A stretch of 64,000 bases of DNA from Eledone cirrhosa. Taxonomy: Eukaryota. The notes under the pieces are model-generated. The model did not search any database. It was not told where the DNA came from and worked only from the letters and a program-made list of their open reading frames with translations. This document shows positions 40,880 to 57,051 of this stretch, piece after piece. Position numbers and translations under genes: made by a program. The DNA lies in contig OZ024741.1 in assembly GCA_964016885.1 (NCBI GenBank), positions 347,324,001 through 347,388,000 of the forward strand, written 5' to 3'. The stretch's first letter is position 1. Every line of letters starts with the position of its first letter.

Positions 40880-40880
<1 letters not shown>
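40697..40880. mobile_element. Family G hammerhead-bearing fold-back element (arms ~40697-40749 / ~40758-40810, plus tail)
   Basis: Inverted arms and a tail shared with three other copies. (TA)n on both sides. Confidence 0.82.
40707..40755 (-). ncRNA. Type I hammerhead ribozyme (predicted)
   Basis: GCUUC-CUGAUGA-U-UUC(UCAC)GAA-U-GAA-ACAG(UUCUAGUC)CUGU-A-GAAGC. Intact core, stem I 5 bp, stem II 3 bp, stem III 4 bp, GUA cleavage triplet. Confidence 0.75.
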
Positions 40881-40937
<57 letters not shown>

Positions 40938-40943
40938 AAAATG

Positions 40944-41130
40944 TTAAACCCCATCAGCAGAGTTCAAGCCGTCTCAACGGCTATTTCTGTCCAGAAATAG
41001 CCGTTGAGACGGCTTGAGCTCTGCCGTCGGGGTTGAAAATATGTTATTATTACTCACTCTACTACATTGAGCATTGAGTATTCTGGTGGGTTATGGTCCA
41101 TCTGGTTCCTTACCACACTTCCTTCGTTAT
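40944..41130. repeat. Fold-back element family F (hairpin 40944-41037 plus tail); a relative lies at ~54396-54530
   Basis: CAAGCCGTCTCAACGGCTATTTCTG-TC-CAGAAATAGCCGTTGAGACGGCTTG. Tail CACTCTACTAC..GTTATGGTCCA.CTGGT..CTTACCA is shared with 54456-54514. Confidence 0.78.
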
Positions 41131-41588
41131 ATATATATATATTCTATAGGTAAGAAGCTAGGTTCCACAGAATTAAAATGTTTTGATTAAAATGTTCACA
41201 TCTGATGAGCAGATCGATACACAATTATCGAGAACTATAATGACCATGTGCCAAACATTTTTCGAAACATTTGTAACGTTTGATATGGAATAAAAAATAT
41301 GTTAAGGTTATACTTCCTTCTCTCATAAATAATAAGTACATCTGATGATATCAAACATGAAACACAAAGATGCCGTCAAAACACATTTCCCTTGCAATCA
41401 AACAGTTCAGCATTGACTGCTCATATTGGAGGCACCTCACGTAATTAACAACATTACTTCATAAGCAACGTACACGAGTCTTGATTACTTTTTCTGCACA
41501 CACACACACACACACACTGACGGACACACGCAAATACACAAATAACAATCACACACACTCGCATATATATAAACGTATATATATAAAC

Positions 41589-41654
<66 letters not shown>

Positions 41655-41685
41655 GAGTGTATATACATATATATATGTATATATG

Positions 41686-41771
<86 letters not shown>

Positions 41772-42749
41772 CATATATGCATATATGCATTTATATATAT
41801 ACATGTGTCTGTGTCTGCCTGTTTGTGTATACGAGCGATTGAACATGTGTGTGTTGGTTATTACATGATATACATTATTCATATTACATAATGAAATATA
41901 AATATGTATAATAATATCAGAGAGGAACGGATATGAGCTAGTGAGTGCCGTAGGACATATTATCATATCCAGATGAATGTTATTTTAAATTTATGAAGAA
42001 ATTATTACGTTAAGAAATATCGACCAAATGCAATGATATTGATAAATATTATTCCATGTAAACATCTCCTGCAGATGATCCACTAATATATATTTTTTAT
42101 AAAACCAAATCCATTAGCAATATATCGAAATAAGCCACTATATGAAAGGAGAAATAAAAGCTTTTCAAATATTCAAAATAACGGGAGTCATCTAACTAAA
42201 AAGGTATAACAAAAGGTATGTCTGCAACAAAAGAGTTGTGCTTTTTTACCTTCAGTAATGGCTGCTGCTATTCTTTTCTTTTTTTTTCATGCAGGTACTT
42301 AGATGAAAAATCTAAAGACAAAACATATTATTTTATAAAACGTATATACCCCGATTACCATAGGGTGATTTAGTAACAAATGTACAGGGAACAGTATATC
42401 TAAGTATATATACAGCCATATGTATTGTAGTAGGTAGTTGATGTCATTTGTAACAAATAAAAGCTAATGCTGTAAAGGCAACTCATAGGAAATATGCGTG
42501 CGTGAGGTTGTGTATTTATGAATATGTGTATGTGGGTACACGTAAAATTATTGAAAGCTATGATTACATATGAGGCGCACGCACTCAGTTATGTAATGGA
42601 GGAAAATAATGGCACAAACGTAAATGTTATAGGAAAGCATAATTAAATATAAAACTTATGATTTCTAGTACATCTTATATATTGACCAAAGTAAAAGCTT
42701 TCGTTTCGTAGTATTGAAGATTATATATATATATATATATATATTGAAG

Positions 42750-42793
<44 letters not shown>

Positions 42794-42798
42794 CTAAG

Positions 42799-42986
42799 GG
42801 CGGTGGATTGGCAGTATCGGTAGAGGGTCGGGCGCCATGCTTTCCAGCATAGTTACGTCCCTTTACGATCTGAGTTCAAATCCCGCCGAGGTTTACTTTG
42901 CCTTTCATCCTTACGGGGTCGATAAAATAAAGTACCAGTAATGCACTGGATAATTGCTGGCCTTGTGCCTAAAGTAGAAACAATTA
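42799..42986 (+). mobile_element. tRNA-derived SINE (short subfamily) inside a TA-centred inverted repeat
   Basis: Full SINE homology. Flanking IR arms at 42688-42722 / 43008-43042. Confidence 0.9.
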
Positions 42987-43088
42987 TATATATATATATA
43001 TATATATAATCTTCAATACTACGAAACGAAAGCTTTCACTTTATATACCATATATATGTATGTATGTATGTATATATACATATATATA

Positions 43089-43119
<31 letters not shown>

Positions 43120-43140
43120 ATATATATATATATATATAGT

Positions 43141-43301
43141 ACGTTATTCCGGGTTGAATCGGAGGTAACCACAGTAAGTAAGGTACTCAATACATTGCAG
43201 AGTATAAAAGTTTTAATATAGATGAGATTCTACAGGACTAGAACTGTTTCATTTCTGATGATTTCTAAAGAATGAAACAGTTCTAGTCCTGTAGAATCTC
43301 A

Positions 43302-43310
<9 letters not shown>
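43141..43310. mobile_element. Family G hammerhead-bearing fold-back element (opposite orientation)
   Basis: Reverse-complement tail followed by arms ~43214-43253 / ~43271-43310. (TA)n on both sides. Confidence 0.82.
43251..43297 (+). ncRNA. Type I hammerhead ribozyme (predicted)
   Basis: AUUU-CUGAUGA-U-UUC(UAAA)GAA-U-GAA-ACAG(UUCUAGUC)CUGU-A-GAAU. Confidence 0.68.
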
Positions 43311-43384
<74 letters not shown>

Positions 43385-43390
<6 letters not shown>

Positions 43391-44686
43391 ATTAAAATAA
43401 CAGATTAAAGTTTAAGCAAAGAATCGCTGCTTTCACCCTTAACGGGATCTTCTGAAACTAACAAAGTCAATCTGTAAACGCAGTACTGGATATTTCAAAA
43501 AACGTTGCAACCGGAGGAAGACAGGAAGACGATACTTTGGTTCGTGGAATCATTCGCTGGCAAAGAACGGGAAAAAACGAATAATACGTCATTAATAGGA
43601 ACGGTGAAAAACACTTACGCGCAAAGACAGAACCACGTTTATGGTATAAAAGGGGTCGTAGCCTAATGTTCTCTAAGTCGTGCATAGAGACGTTCTCTGG
43701 CAATGAACGAAAAAACGAAGATAATAAGTCATATGTTGAGCGTGGAGAACAATAGCACGCACAGACAAAACCACGTAAATGGTATAGCAGAATTTGTAGA
43801 CTAAAATTCTAACTAGGAGACCGAATGAATCTCCGCTACAGAGTTAAGAACAAAGTAAATAAATACAATACTGAAGTAATAGAAACAAATAAATACATGC
43901 GCGCAAACAGATACGTACATACACAAGCATACGCAAAACCTTACCATAGGTATACAAAACCACGCACATATAAATATGTGTATGTGTGTATGCTTGTGTA
44001 CAAATAAATAAATAATTATATAAACGTATATAAGTAAATAAATACGTATATAACAAGCGCACACACATACCTACAAATAAATACACGAAGGTTCGGAGAC
44101 GTAAGTCAACTAAAACAAGAAGTACACATATACACACACCCACCATACGTACGAACCTGCATACTCACGCAGACGCAAAACTCCCATATACACATAACCA
44201 AACCCTAAATACCAGAATATGTAAAGATTATACGCCGTAACAGTCAAATATACGTACGAGTATGTATACATACCTTCACAAAACATACGGGTAATACATA
44301 CTTACCTATGCAAATAAGTAAAGGAATAAACAAAACATATACTTAGCTCCCACATCAAGACGTAAAATATCCACGTATAGATCGTGCTATCCGTTAGGGT
44401 ATAACGTGGGGCTGTAATACAGGAATTGTTTTTCACGTAATTGTTTTTCACCGCTCCTATTAATGACGTATTATTCGTTTTTTCCCGTTCTTTGCCAGCG
44501 AACGTTTCCACGAACCAAAGTATCGTCTTCCTGTCTTCCTCCGGTTGCAACGTTTTTTGAAATATCCAGTACTGCGTTTACAGATTGACTTTGTTAGTTT
44601 CAGAAGATTCCGTTAAGGCTGAAAGCAGCGATTCTTTGCTTAAACGTTAATCTGTTATTTTAATAAATATTTGCTCTTCGGTTCTT
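43385..44686. repeat. 1.3-kb element with ~230-bp terminal inverted arms (43385-43613 / 44442-44670), PLE pLTR-like
   Basis: Arms are near-identical reverse complements, with a decayed microsatellite interior and (TA)n flanks. Its 3' end recurs at ~22340-22405. Confidence 0.8.
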
Positions 44687-44770
44687 ATATATTTGATATA
44701 TATTTTCCTTATCGAGCCCTCTTTGGATTTTAGTCTTCAATTTTATTATTATTACTATTATATATATATG

Positions 44771-44928
<158 letters not shown>

Positions 44929-44951
44929 TGTATATATACATACATACATAC

Positions 44952-44992
<41 letters not shown>

Positions 44993-44993
44993 C

Positions 44994-45051
<58 letters not shown>

Positions 45052-45299
45052 CTAGATTTAATTAAGTGTATTATCCTAGGAAACATTATCTATACAATTA
45101 TCTACATAACCCTGTATGTATCTGTATATCTTTACGATTAATGTCTATGTTTGGCTCTCTCTCGTGCTCTCTTACTCTCTGTATACATACTCCCGTACAT
45201 ATACCATATACAAATATGTACACATATCAGTGTATGTATGTTTGTGTGTGTGCATGTGCGTGTGTGTTAGTATATATATATATTTATATATATATATAT

Positions 45300-46151
45300 A
45301 TTATGACAGGGGGGAAGAAAAAATGGCTTCACTTGTGCTTTCAACAAATTTATTTTCTTCCCACAATCCCAAAAGAATTTTTAACCTGATTAGAAAAACA
45401 TTTTTTTTTTTTTCCCTTAAAAAAAAAAATTATTTTATAAATTAAGTTGTTGGTTGTTGGTTAGGTCTTAGGAGTTCTTGGTTAACGTAGGAGGTATTGT
45501 TTCGTTTTTAGAACGACCTTTCACGCTGAGGTGCGCTTGTGTATGTGGTGTGCTGTTCTATATATAGGGATTTAACATGTCTGTGGTGTGGTGTTTTTTT
45601 TTTTTCTCCCCCTTTAATAAGTGTATGGGTGTAGGTGTGTTGAAAAAGTGTTAATAGCAGTAATGAGTTGAGACGGTGAGTAGGGTTGGGTGGGGATAAA
45701 TGTAACAAGTGCGGCATGCCCCGTCATTCTCGAAAAATTCCTTTATTCAGGGGCAAAAGCTTTTAGTATTCCTTTTTGTTGAGAATGGTCACAGGCAAAT
45801 CGCACATGCCAAGTTTGTAAACAATTATTTTTTTCCTAAAGAATTTTTCTACGTCCATCCAAAAATTAGTCCTTTGTTCAACACACACATATGTGCGTAT
45901 ATACGTACATACACACACGGGCATATGTAGGAATATATAGGCACACACCATCAATCACACACCCATGTACATATACATCCACATAATACATAAACACATA
46001 TAAAGACACATATAAAAACACATATACACATACGTACACACACGAATATGTACTCATACCTCCACATGGGTATATATATATATACATACATACATATACA
46101 TACATATACACACATAAAGATAGATAACTAAATATATATATATATACACAT

Positions 46152-46202
<51 letters not shown>

Positions 46203-46710
46203 TACACACACACACATACATATGTCCGTATATATACCTCCGTTCACACATACATGCATACACACACGCACATACACACATACATATATATATATATATA
46301 GAGAGAGAGAGGCATACACACACAGACATACATATTTATATATATATATACATACATATATATATACATATATGTACACATAAACACATACAGACACATA
46401 CACACATATACATACATATACACATATATATATATATCTATATATATACACATATATATATATATATATACATACCTACACATACACATACAAGTACATA
46501 CATACACACATACATATATACACATACATATACATACATACACATATATATATATATATACATATATATACATACATCTACATACATACACATACAGAAA
46601 CATACACAGATGTACACACATATATACATATATGCACATACATACACCCATACACACATATATATATAGATACATACATATACATACACACACATATAAA
46701 CATATATCTA

Positions 46711-46796
<86 letters not shown>

Positions 46797-48660
46797 CAAA
46801 CATACACATACATAAATATATATATACATATATATACACACATACACACATATATATATATATATATAGACAAACATATACAAACATACACACATCCATA
46901 CATATATATACACACACACATACACACACCCACATAAATATATACCCACACGTACATACAACCATACATACCTACACACATACATGTGTGTGTCTCACCG
47001 TTCACTCAGATATTCATGTGTACACATAAGAAGATGGGGGGGGGGGGGGGTGAAATGGAATTTCAACTCCGAGTGTTAATTCATTTTTTCGTGTTCAGTA
47101 GTGGTTTACATTTTTCAATGAAGAATTCTTCTTTATATCTGCGGAAATGTTCGTTATCCGACCATATCTTGAAGAAAGGGAAGATTGTGAATTTTCCCTT
47201 CCCGCATGATGCAAAGTGTGCACTACATGTGGTATTTCTGACTGTGGGGTCTTTAATTTGTTGTTTATGTACCCGGACTCTATCATGTAATCCCGTTCCG
47301 GTTTCCCCAATGTAATACTCTTTACACTGTGGCATGTTGCGCAATATATTAGGTTTTTCGTTTTGCAGTTCATGTTTGCATTGACTTTGAAATTATCATG
47401 GTTTTTGAAGGACAACTGTTTGCCCTCTTCGATGAGTTCACAGGTTCCACATCTAGGGTCCCCGCATTTCGTCACTTGCATTGATTCCATGTTGGTCGTA
47501 AATTTTGCCTTAGTAATTAGTTTTTTACGGTTGGGTGCTTGGCGTCTGCTATAAATTATCTGTGTGTTTTTTAAGAGTGCATTCATTTTGGCAGATTGCT
47601 GTAGCATCGGGAGATACTGCTTAGTAGTTTTCACAATGTTGCTGTTCCTTGTGTTGTGAGTGATGACAAAAGAGATAGCAGGGTTTTCTTTTTTATGTTG
47701 TGGGTTTGGTTTTCTCAGTGTTGTTATTGGGATGTTCTTAGCCTTGGAGATGGCTGCGTTGATGAGTTTCATCGGGTACTCTTGTTTTTTAAGGAATTTT
47801 TTCAGGTCACATAATCTTTTTTCTTGTAGTACGGGGTGTGTTTCTATAGTGCAGATGCGCCTTGCCATGTTGAAGGGAATGTTCCTTTTCGTATGTGAGG
47901 GGTGTGCTGACCGGAAATTTATGTATTGGTGTGTGTCAGTGGGTTTGCAAAATAGGTCCGTAATGATATTTTCCCCTTCTTTAATGATGAGGATATCTAG
48001 AAAGGGCAGTTCCTTTTCGTTACATTCCATAGTGAATTGTATAGCTTCATGAAGCCTGTTTAAGATCGAATAACATTTTTGTAGGTCTGTTTGGCTTCTG
48101 TTCCAGAAGATGAAGCAGTCATCTAGGTAACCTTTCCAGTTTTTATTAATGTAGAAGGCGAAGTAGTGACTGAATGCTATCTGTAGTTGGGAATATAATT
48201 TTGCCTCTAAGTGACCCATAACGAGCGTTGCATATGTAGGGGCCACTTTGGTACCCATAGCTGTTCCTTTTATTTGTAGATAAAGTTCGTTGTCAAAGAG
48301 GAAGTGGTTGTTTTCCAATACTAATTCAAGTCCTTACAAGATGAATTCTTTGGGGAATCTTTCTGAAATGTGACTTGAGTGTTTTGTAATCCAGAAGTCC
48401 ACAGCTTCAATCGCTAGGTCGTGTGGGATGTTAGTGTACAGGCTTATTACTATCAAAACTGACTAGGATTGTATCCTGGTGTACTTTTTGGGGGATATAG
48501 TTACACATTCCATATCATCTCTGATGTAGCTTGGAACTTCTTTTTTACATAGGGATTTGAGCATGATGTCTAATAGGTTGCTTAGACGTTGTGTGCTTGA
48601 GGCTGGGCCAGCAATAATGGGGCGTAATTTTAAGTCTGTCGGTTTTGGTGCTTCGAAGAT
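45300..48660 (-). mobile_element. Neptune-type Penelope-like element, 5'-truncated (RT + Cys linker + GIY-YIG) with long microsatellite-rich 3' region
   Basis: LRPIIAGP, SLYTNIPH, GTAMGTKVAPTYA, GYLDDCF, LPFLD, KPTDTHQY, CGDPRCGTC linker, NLIYC..YYIGETG..R..H. Confidence 0.9.
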
Positions 48661-51340
<2,680 letters not shown>

Positions 51341-51411
51341 TACCTAACTGTACCAAGGATTACATACATTTTCCAATATATATATATATATAAATATATA
51401 TATGTATATAT

Positions 51412-51835
51412 ATATTACTTCAAAATATTAATAAATATAGACATTCATGTGATCAAACATATTTTATTATACATATTTCAGAGATACTGAGCTATTTCAA
51501 CAGTACGTCCTCATCAGAGAAAATAAGATGATGTTTGACATACCTTAACTATCTTGATGGTTATAATTTAGTCATGGCAGTAAATTATCACCATCAACAT
51601 AGTCAAGATATGTCAAGCATCAACTTATTTTATCTGATGAGGACGTACTGTTGAAATAGCTCAGTATCTCTGAAATATGTATAATAAAATATATTTGATC
51701 ACATGAATGTCTATATTTATTAATATTTTGAAGTAATATTAATAATTCCAGAAAACCTTCTTGTAGAGTGCTTATAAATTATTGTTAAACTTTATTCATT
51801 GATGAATTCATTGAACCTTGTTAAACTGTTAATTA
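51412..51835. repeat. Fold-back element family D (hairpin 51412-51739 plus tail) with hammerhead-like core; a relative lies at ~18305-18545
   Basis: Arms ~150-160 bp around a ~10-nt loop. CTGATGAGGACGTACTGTTGAAATAGCTCAGTATC is present in both arms. Confidence 0.82.
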
Positions 51836-51874
51836 TATATATAAATATATACATATATATATATATATATATTT

Positions 51875-51984
<110 letters not shown>

Positions 51985-52230
51985 TGTAAGCAACTAACTT
52001 ACACCTTACGTACTTAACAAACGTACATACACACTCCTATATACATGTCTTCGTCGTGTTATAAAATCTCGTTTTCTTATAATTGACTATATAAAGATTA
52101 TATTAGAGAAAATGTTATATGGTTTTTAAAAAAATTGATTTGATTCAGTCAAGGAAAAAAAACAGGCAATGAGGGAAAAGACAAAGAGACAAATAATTTT
52201 ATATATGCATGTGTATGTGTGTGTGTTTGT

Positions 52231-52400
52231 ATCCCGGGTTCAATCAGAGGTAACCACAGTAACCACAATACATAGTAGAGTATATACAATATATTAATAT
52301 ACAAATTGTTTCATACAGGGCTACAACTGTTTCATTCGAAGGAAGTCACGAGGAAAACCCTGATGGTTTCCCTCAAATTAAACTTCTAGTCATGTAGCAA
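52231..52400. mobile_element. Degenerate family G element
   Basis: CCGGGTTCAATCAGAGGTAACCACAGTAA..TACAGGGCTACAACTGTTTCATTCG matches the 43141 copy. Confidence 0.65.
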
Positions 52401-54525
52401 TATATATGTGTATGTGGGTGTGTGTGTAAAAGGTAAACAGAAATAAGAACACAATCGGTACTGTATATGGAAGGATAACATTCGGTTAACGCTTGATATA
52501 GCATTAATAGGGCCTTAACGTTTAGGACGGTAGTCCTTCATCAGAAGAAAGAATGATAAATAAGATAGATTGAGGGGACGGGCGAGATGGAATTGGAAAA
52601 ATGTCTTTAGATAAAAATAACAGATGTGTGTGTGTGTATGTATATAGGATTATATATGCATATATATGTGATAAAGAATGTGTGTCTATCTGTCTTTGTA
52701 TATTATCAGCTATTGTCGGGTATTTATTTATTTTTCCTTTTTTATATCTTCAGCTGGTATTTTCTTATAATCTAGACGACAGATTCTCGAATGAAACATA
52801 TACCTACGCTTCACCAGGATCATGCAAATATTATCCCAATGCAAGTCTCCTATACTATAAACAACTACTGAATATGCTTGAAGTAAATGCGCAACGTCGT
52901 ATAATGAGGACGAATCTCATACTATGTTACTAGAAACAAGGTCAGTTGTAACAGGTGACTATGTAGGCAAAGGTCAAATAATTTCCTGCGTTGATGTGAA
53001 CCTTATGAGGTTAATTGGGTCCGATTTTGAGTGTCCTATTTGTTCCACAAACGAACAGCTTACTTTTTAAAGCGAAGTAAATGTGTAATCAAGAATCACG
53101 CGAACCTATAATGTCTCAGAAAGAGATTAAACGTAATTCAATATTTGACAGGGACAGCACTTTAACTTACACGAACTTTTCATCCTACGGTATTCCAAAC
53201 AGTTGAAGTCCTGATGAACATCACATAGAATTTACGTTCAAGCGAGTTTTGAGAGCGTTCTCATTTTATATCTCTCTGGAATGAAGCTCAGAATAAGTAA
53301 TTTCATCAGTGTGAGCCAAAACACTTGAGTAGCCGGCCACTGTGCATTCAAATGTATTGTATTGTTTGCCTAGAATTACAACAAATCGCAAGAAAATAAA
53401 AAGGATTTAATTGTTTAATACGCATACTACACAGCCTAAAATGACAATACCTCAGTCTAAAGCATAAAGCATAAATGTTTTTCATGTGAAAAGTTAATCC
53501 TCTAGAAATTATGGTGAAACCTTCACATAATATAGGCTGAAATTGATAATCGGTTCGTTAATTTACTCTCACCTATATAAATGGGTGTAATAATCGTGTC
53601 GGAAACTAATTTAATGAGAGTCGACGCGAGACGAAAGGAAATGTATTAGTTCTAATATATTATTGAATGTCATATAATATAAATATTTGCGTAAAATTTT
53701 AGAATTAATTGGAATTTAAAAAGTGTAAATTGGTTTTCAAATTACCTGATACAGTTTGCCTGAAATTAATTTGAAAATACAAATATGTATTCTGCATTGA
53801 ACATTAGAGGTAAAAAATACGATGATATAATAAAGAAAATGATAATGTAGTATATATATATATATATAACCTAACCCTACCCTATACATTATTAACAAAT
53901 GTAAGATTTGGAGTATTACGGTAAGCTTTTTCACGAAATGTAATTTTACACGTGATCCCGTATAATAATTCCCTATATGACATCAAGTTATAATAAAATT
54001 TAACTAAAAAACATGTAATAACAGTAGGTTTTTATTTAAGAATAATAAGGAATAAACGCGGTATATATATATATCCGAAACAGTTTGTCCATTTCAGAAT
54101 AATACAACATTAGATGTAATACCCATCAAATGCAGGTACACGTATTGTTGAATGGATGGTAAATATACACGCCTTCTGATGAAGATCCAATAGAATCAGA
54201 ATATCGATTAAAAGTGTGTATCATTATTTAAATTTACAGGGAGATCCGTATTTCTTCGTGTGATTACATATCGTTATATCAAAATTGTATATTTCATATA
54301 CACATTTCATATACAGTCTCGGTTACACATTCTGTACTTATAGATACATAGATGTAACTTTATTATATTTATATATATATATATATATATATATAGGGAA
54401 ACATTCTCTCAGGACCCCGACGGCTGAGCTCCGACCGAAGCCACCCACTCTACTACCCTAAGTACCTAAGTATCGAGTACTCTGATGCGTTATGGTCCAC
54501 CTGGTATCTTACCATACCCTCTTTG

Positions 54526-54569
<44 letters not shown>

Positions 54570-55177
54570 TTGGGTCACGATCACTTCAAAGTTTTTTAAA
54601 AATCATGTTCACTTAAAAATTATTTTTAAATAATTAAAATATACGCAGACATCTAAACTATAATAAAGTAAGGAGCGCGGGACTGCGTAATGTTTGCAAT
54701 TTTTGTTATCCTTAGTAAAATAACTTGGATTATTTTGAATAAATAATGAATGAATATTACATAATTTATCTACTAAATTTCGTGAATGTTGTTTAAATAT
54801 ATTTTGTTTATTTAAAGATTCACTTCTTTAACATTTCTGAAATGTCCACACTTCCGGTTGACCATAGCTTAAATAACATACTAATTTTCTCCCAATTCAA
54901 TTCATATATAATATCGTCTTTTTTAATCTATTCTGGAATACGTTACTGATTAAATCAGACAGTGTAACGCAGTCTTCGTTCAATTTCTATGTATTATATA
55001 TTTTAAATTACGATTTTATTTGACGTATCATATCTACATGTATATATATACCTGCGTATAATATCAAGATAAACACTACACATACTAGCAGAAAACCACT
55101 CGAGGGGTGGTTTTTCTGCTAGTGTATATTAGTGTATATAATGTGAAATGAAACTGGAAGGCCCATATAAGTACGTG

Positions 55178-55246
<69 letters not shown>

Positions 55247-55673
55247 GTATATATATATGTGTATGTGTGTGTGTGTGTGTACACACACACACATATATAT
55301 ATATATATATGTGTGTGTGAGTGTGTATATATATACACACACACACATACACATATAAAGATATATATATACACAAGAACGCCAACTGCTCTCTCTCTAT
55401 TTCATTTTCCTTCGCAGTCTCGTTCTCTCTCTCTCTCACTCTCTCTCTCTCTCTCTCTATGTCTATCTTTCGAGCTACTCTCTCACAAATACAACATCTT
55501 TCTCTCTATGTTTCTCTTTCTATCGATCTATGAAGGTATCCTTGCACCGATTTACGAGAAACTTGTTTTATTCCATTTGTATTTGCATTTCAGTGTCAAT
55601 TTCTTTTCGAAATACTTTCATATTATGAGCCCTTTTGACTGTATTACATAACAGACAAGAAGCATTCGCAGAG

Positions 55674-55755
<82 letters not shown>

Positions 55756-56118
55756 ATATTGATATATAATATATAAAATTCATATGGTTCCATTATATCT
55801 GTATGTGATAATTACAGCTAAAAATCCAATACATCACATTTTTGCACAATATCAGTTTCATAGCCGACCACATGTAATTTTTTGCATCGAAAAATCACTT
55901 ATCAGGTTAAATACAGGAGAGACACAATAAGTATTATATTACATTGCCACTAGGTCCTTTTAAGGCCTTTATGGGACCATTTCATGCAGTAAATGTCATC
56001 AACATTTACCTTGATAAAACAATGGATGCAATCACCAGGAAATATATTGAAATTCTAGGAAAATATTAGATGAGAAGACAGTCATTGTTAAGGCCACGTC
56101 TATGATAAATATAATAAT

Positions 56119-56305
56119 TGTTTCTATGTTTTGGCACAAGGCCAGCAAATACCCACCGCATTACTGGTACTTTATTTTATCGACCCCGTAAGGATGAAAG
56201 GCAAAGTTAACCTCGGCGGGATTTGAAATCAGAATGGCAAGGGCTGTAACTCTATGCGTCAAAGCATGGCGTCCGATCCTCTACCGATACTGCCAATCCA
56301 CCGCC
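56119..56305 (-). mobile_element. tRNA-derived SINE with 17-bp TSD
   Basis: SINE homology. ATGATAAATATAATAAT at 56102-56118 and 56306-56322. Confidence 0.92.
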
Positions 56306-56662
56306 ATGATAAATATAATAATATAACGTTTGAAAGGATGAAAGTGCTAAGTGAATACTGAAAGTGGTAACGCTAGAAATAGCTCATACACTGACATATG
56401 AAATATTGCTCGAAAAGGTTAGGAACCTACATATCAAATAATATCGATATATAATAAATACCTATCATGTGGATCTATGATAATTCTATTATAGCTATAT
56501 GACAGAATAAGAACTAAAAATCCATGGCCTCACATGTTTGCACACATCGAATGTAATAGGAAACCACATATCTAATATGTTACAGAACACAATCTAATTC
56601 GATTTTAAAATGAAAGTAGGGACAAACTAAGTATTATACATATATTGCCGACAACTAAAGAA

Positions 56663-56742
<80 letters not shown>

Positions 56743-57051
56743 CATCATTTATTTCACATGTACATATCATTTTATAAATTCCAATGTCTAATTAAATAAC
56801 ATAAATTTATATCTTACCATATCATGGATATGGCAATTGTTTTTTTTTATCCTGACCTCAATCTAATAGCCCCCAATTATTACTTCCTAATTCAATCAGT
56901 ACAATTAAATTAAACATTTTAGCTTCATATTATTTGTATTTTCATGAATATCCTTAAGCAATATCAAAATATATTCTCTTCTACTGATTCCCTTTCATAC
57001 CATTATTCCTTCCGCATCTTTTGTTTTGTTAAAACCACTTTCACATTTCCG

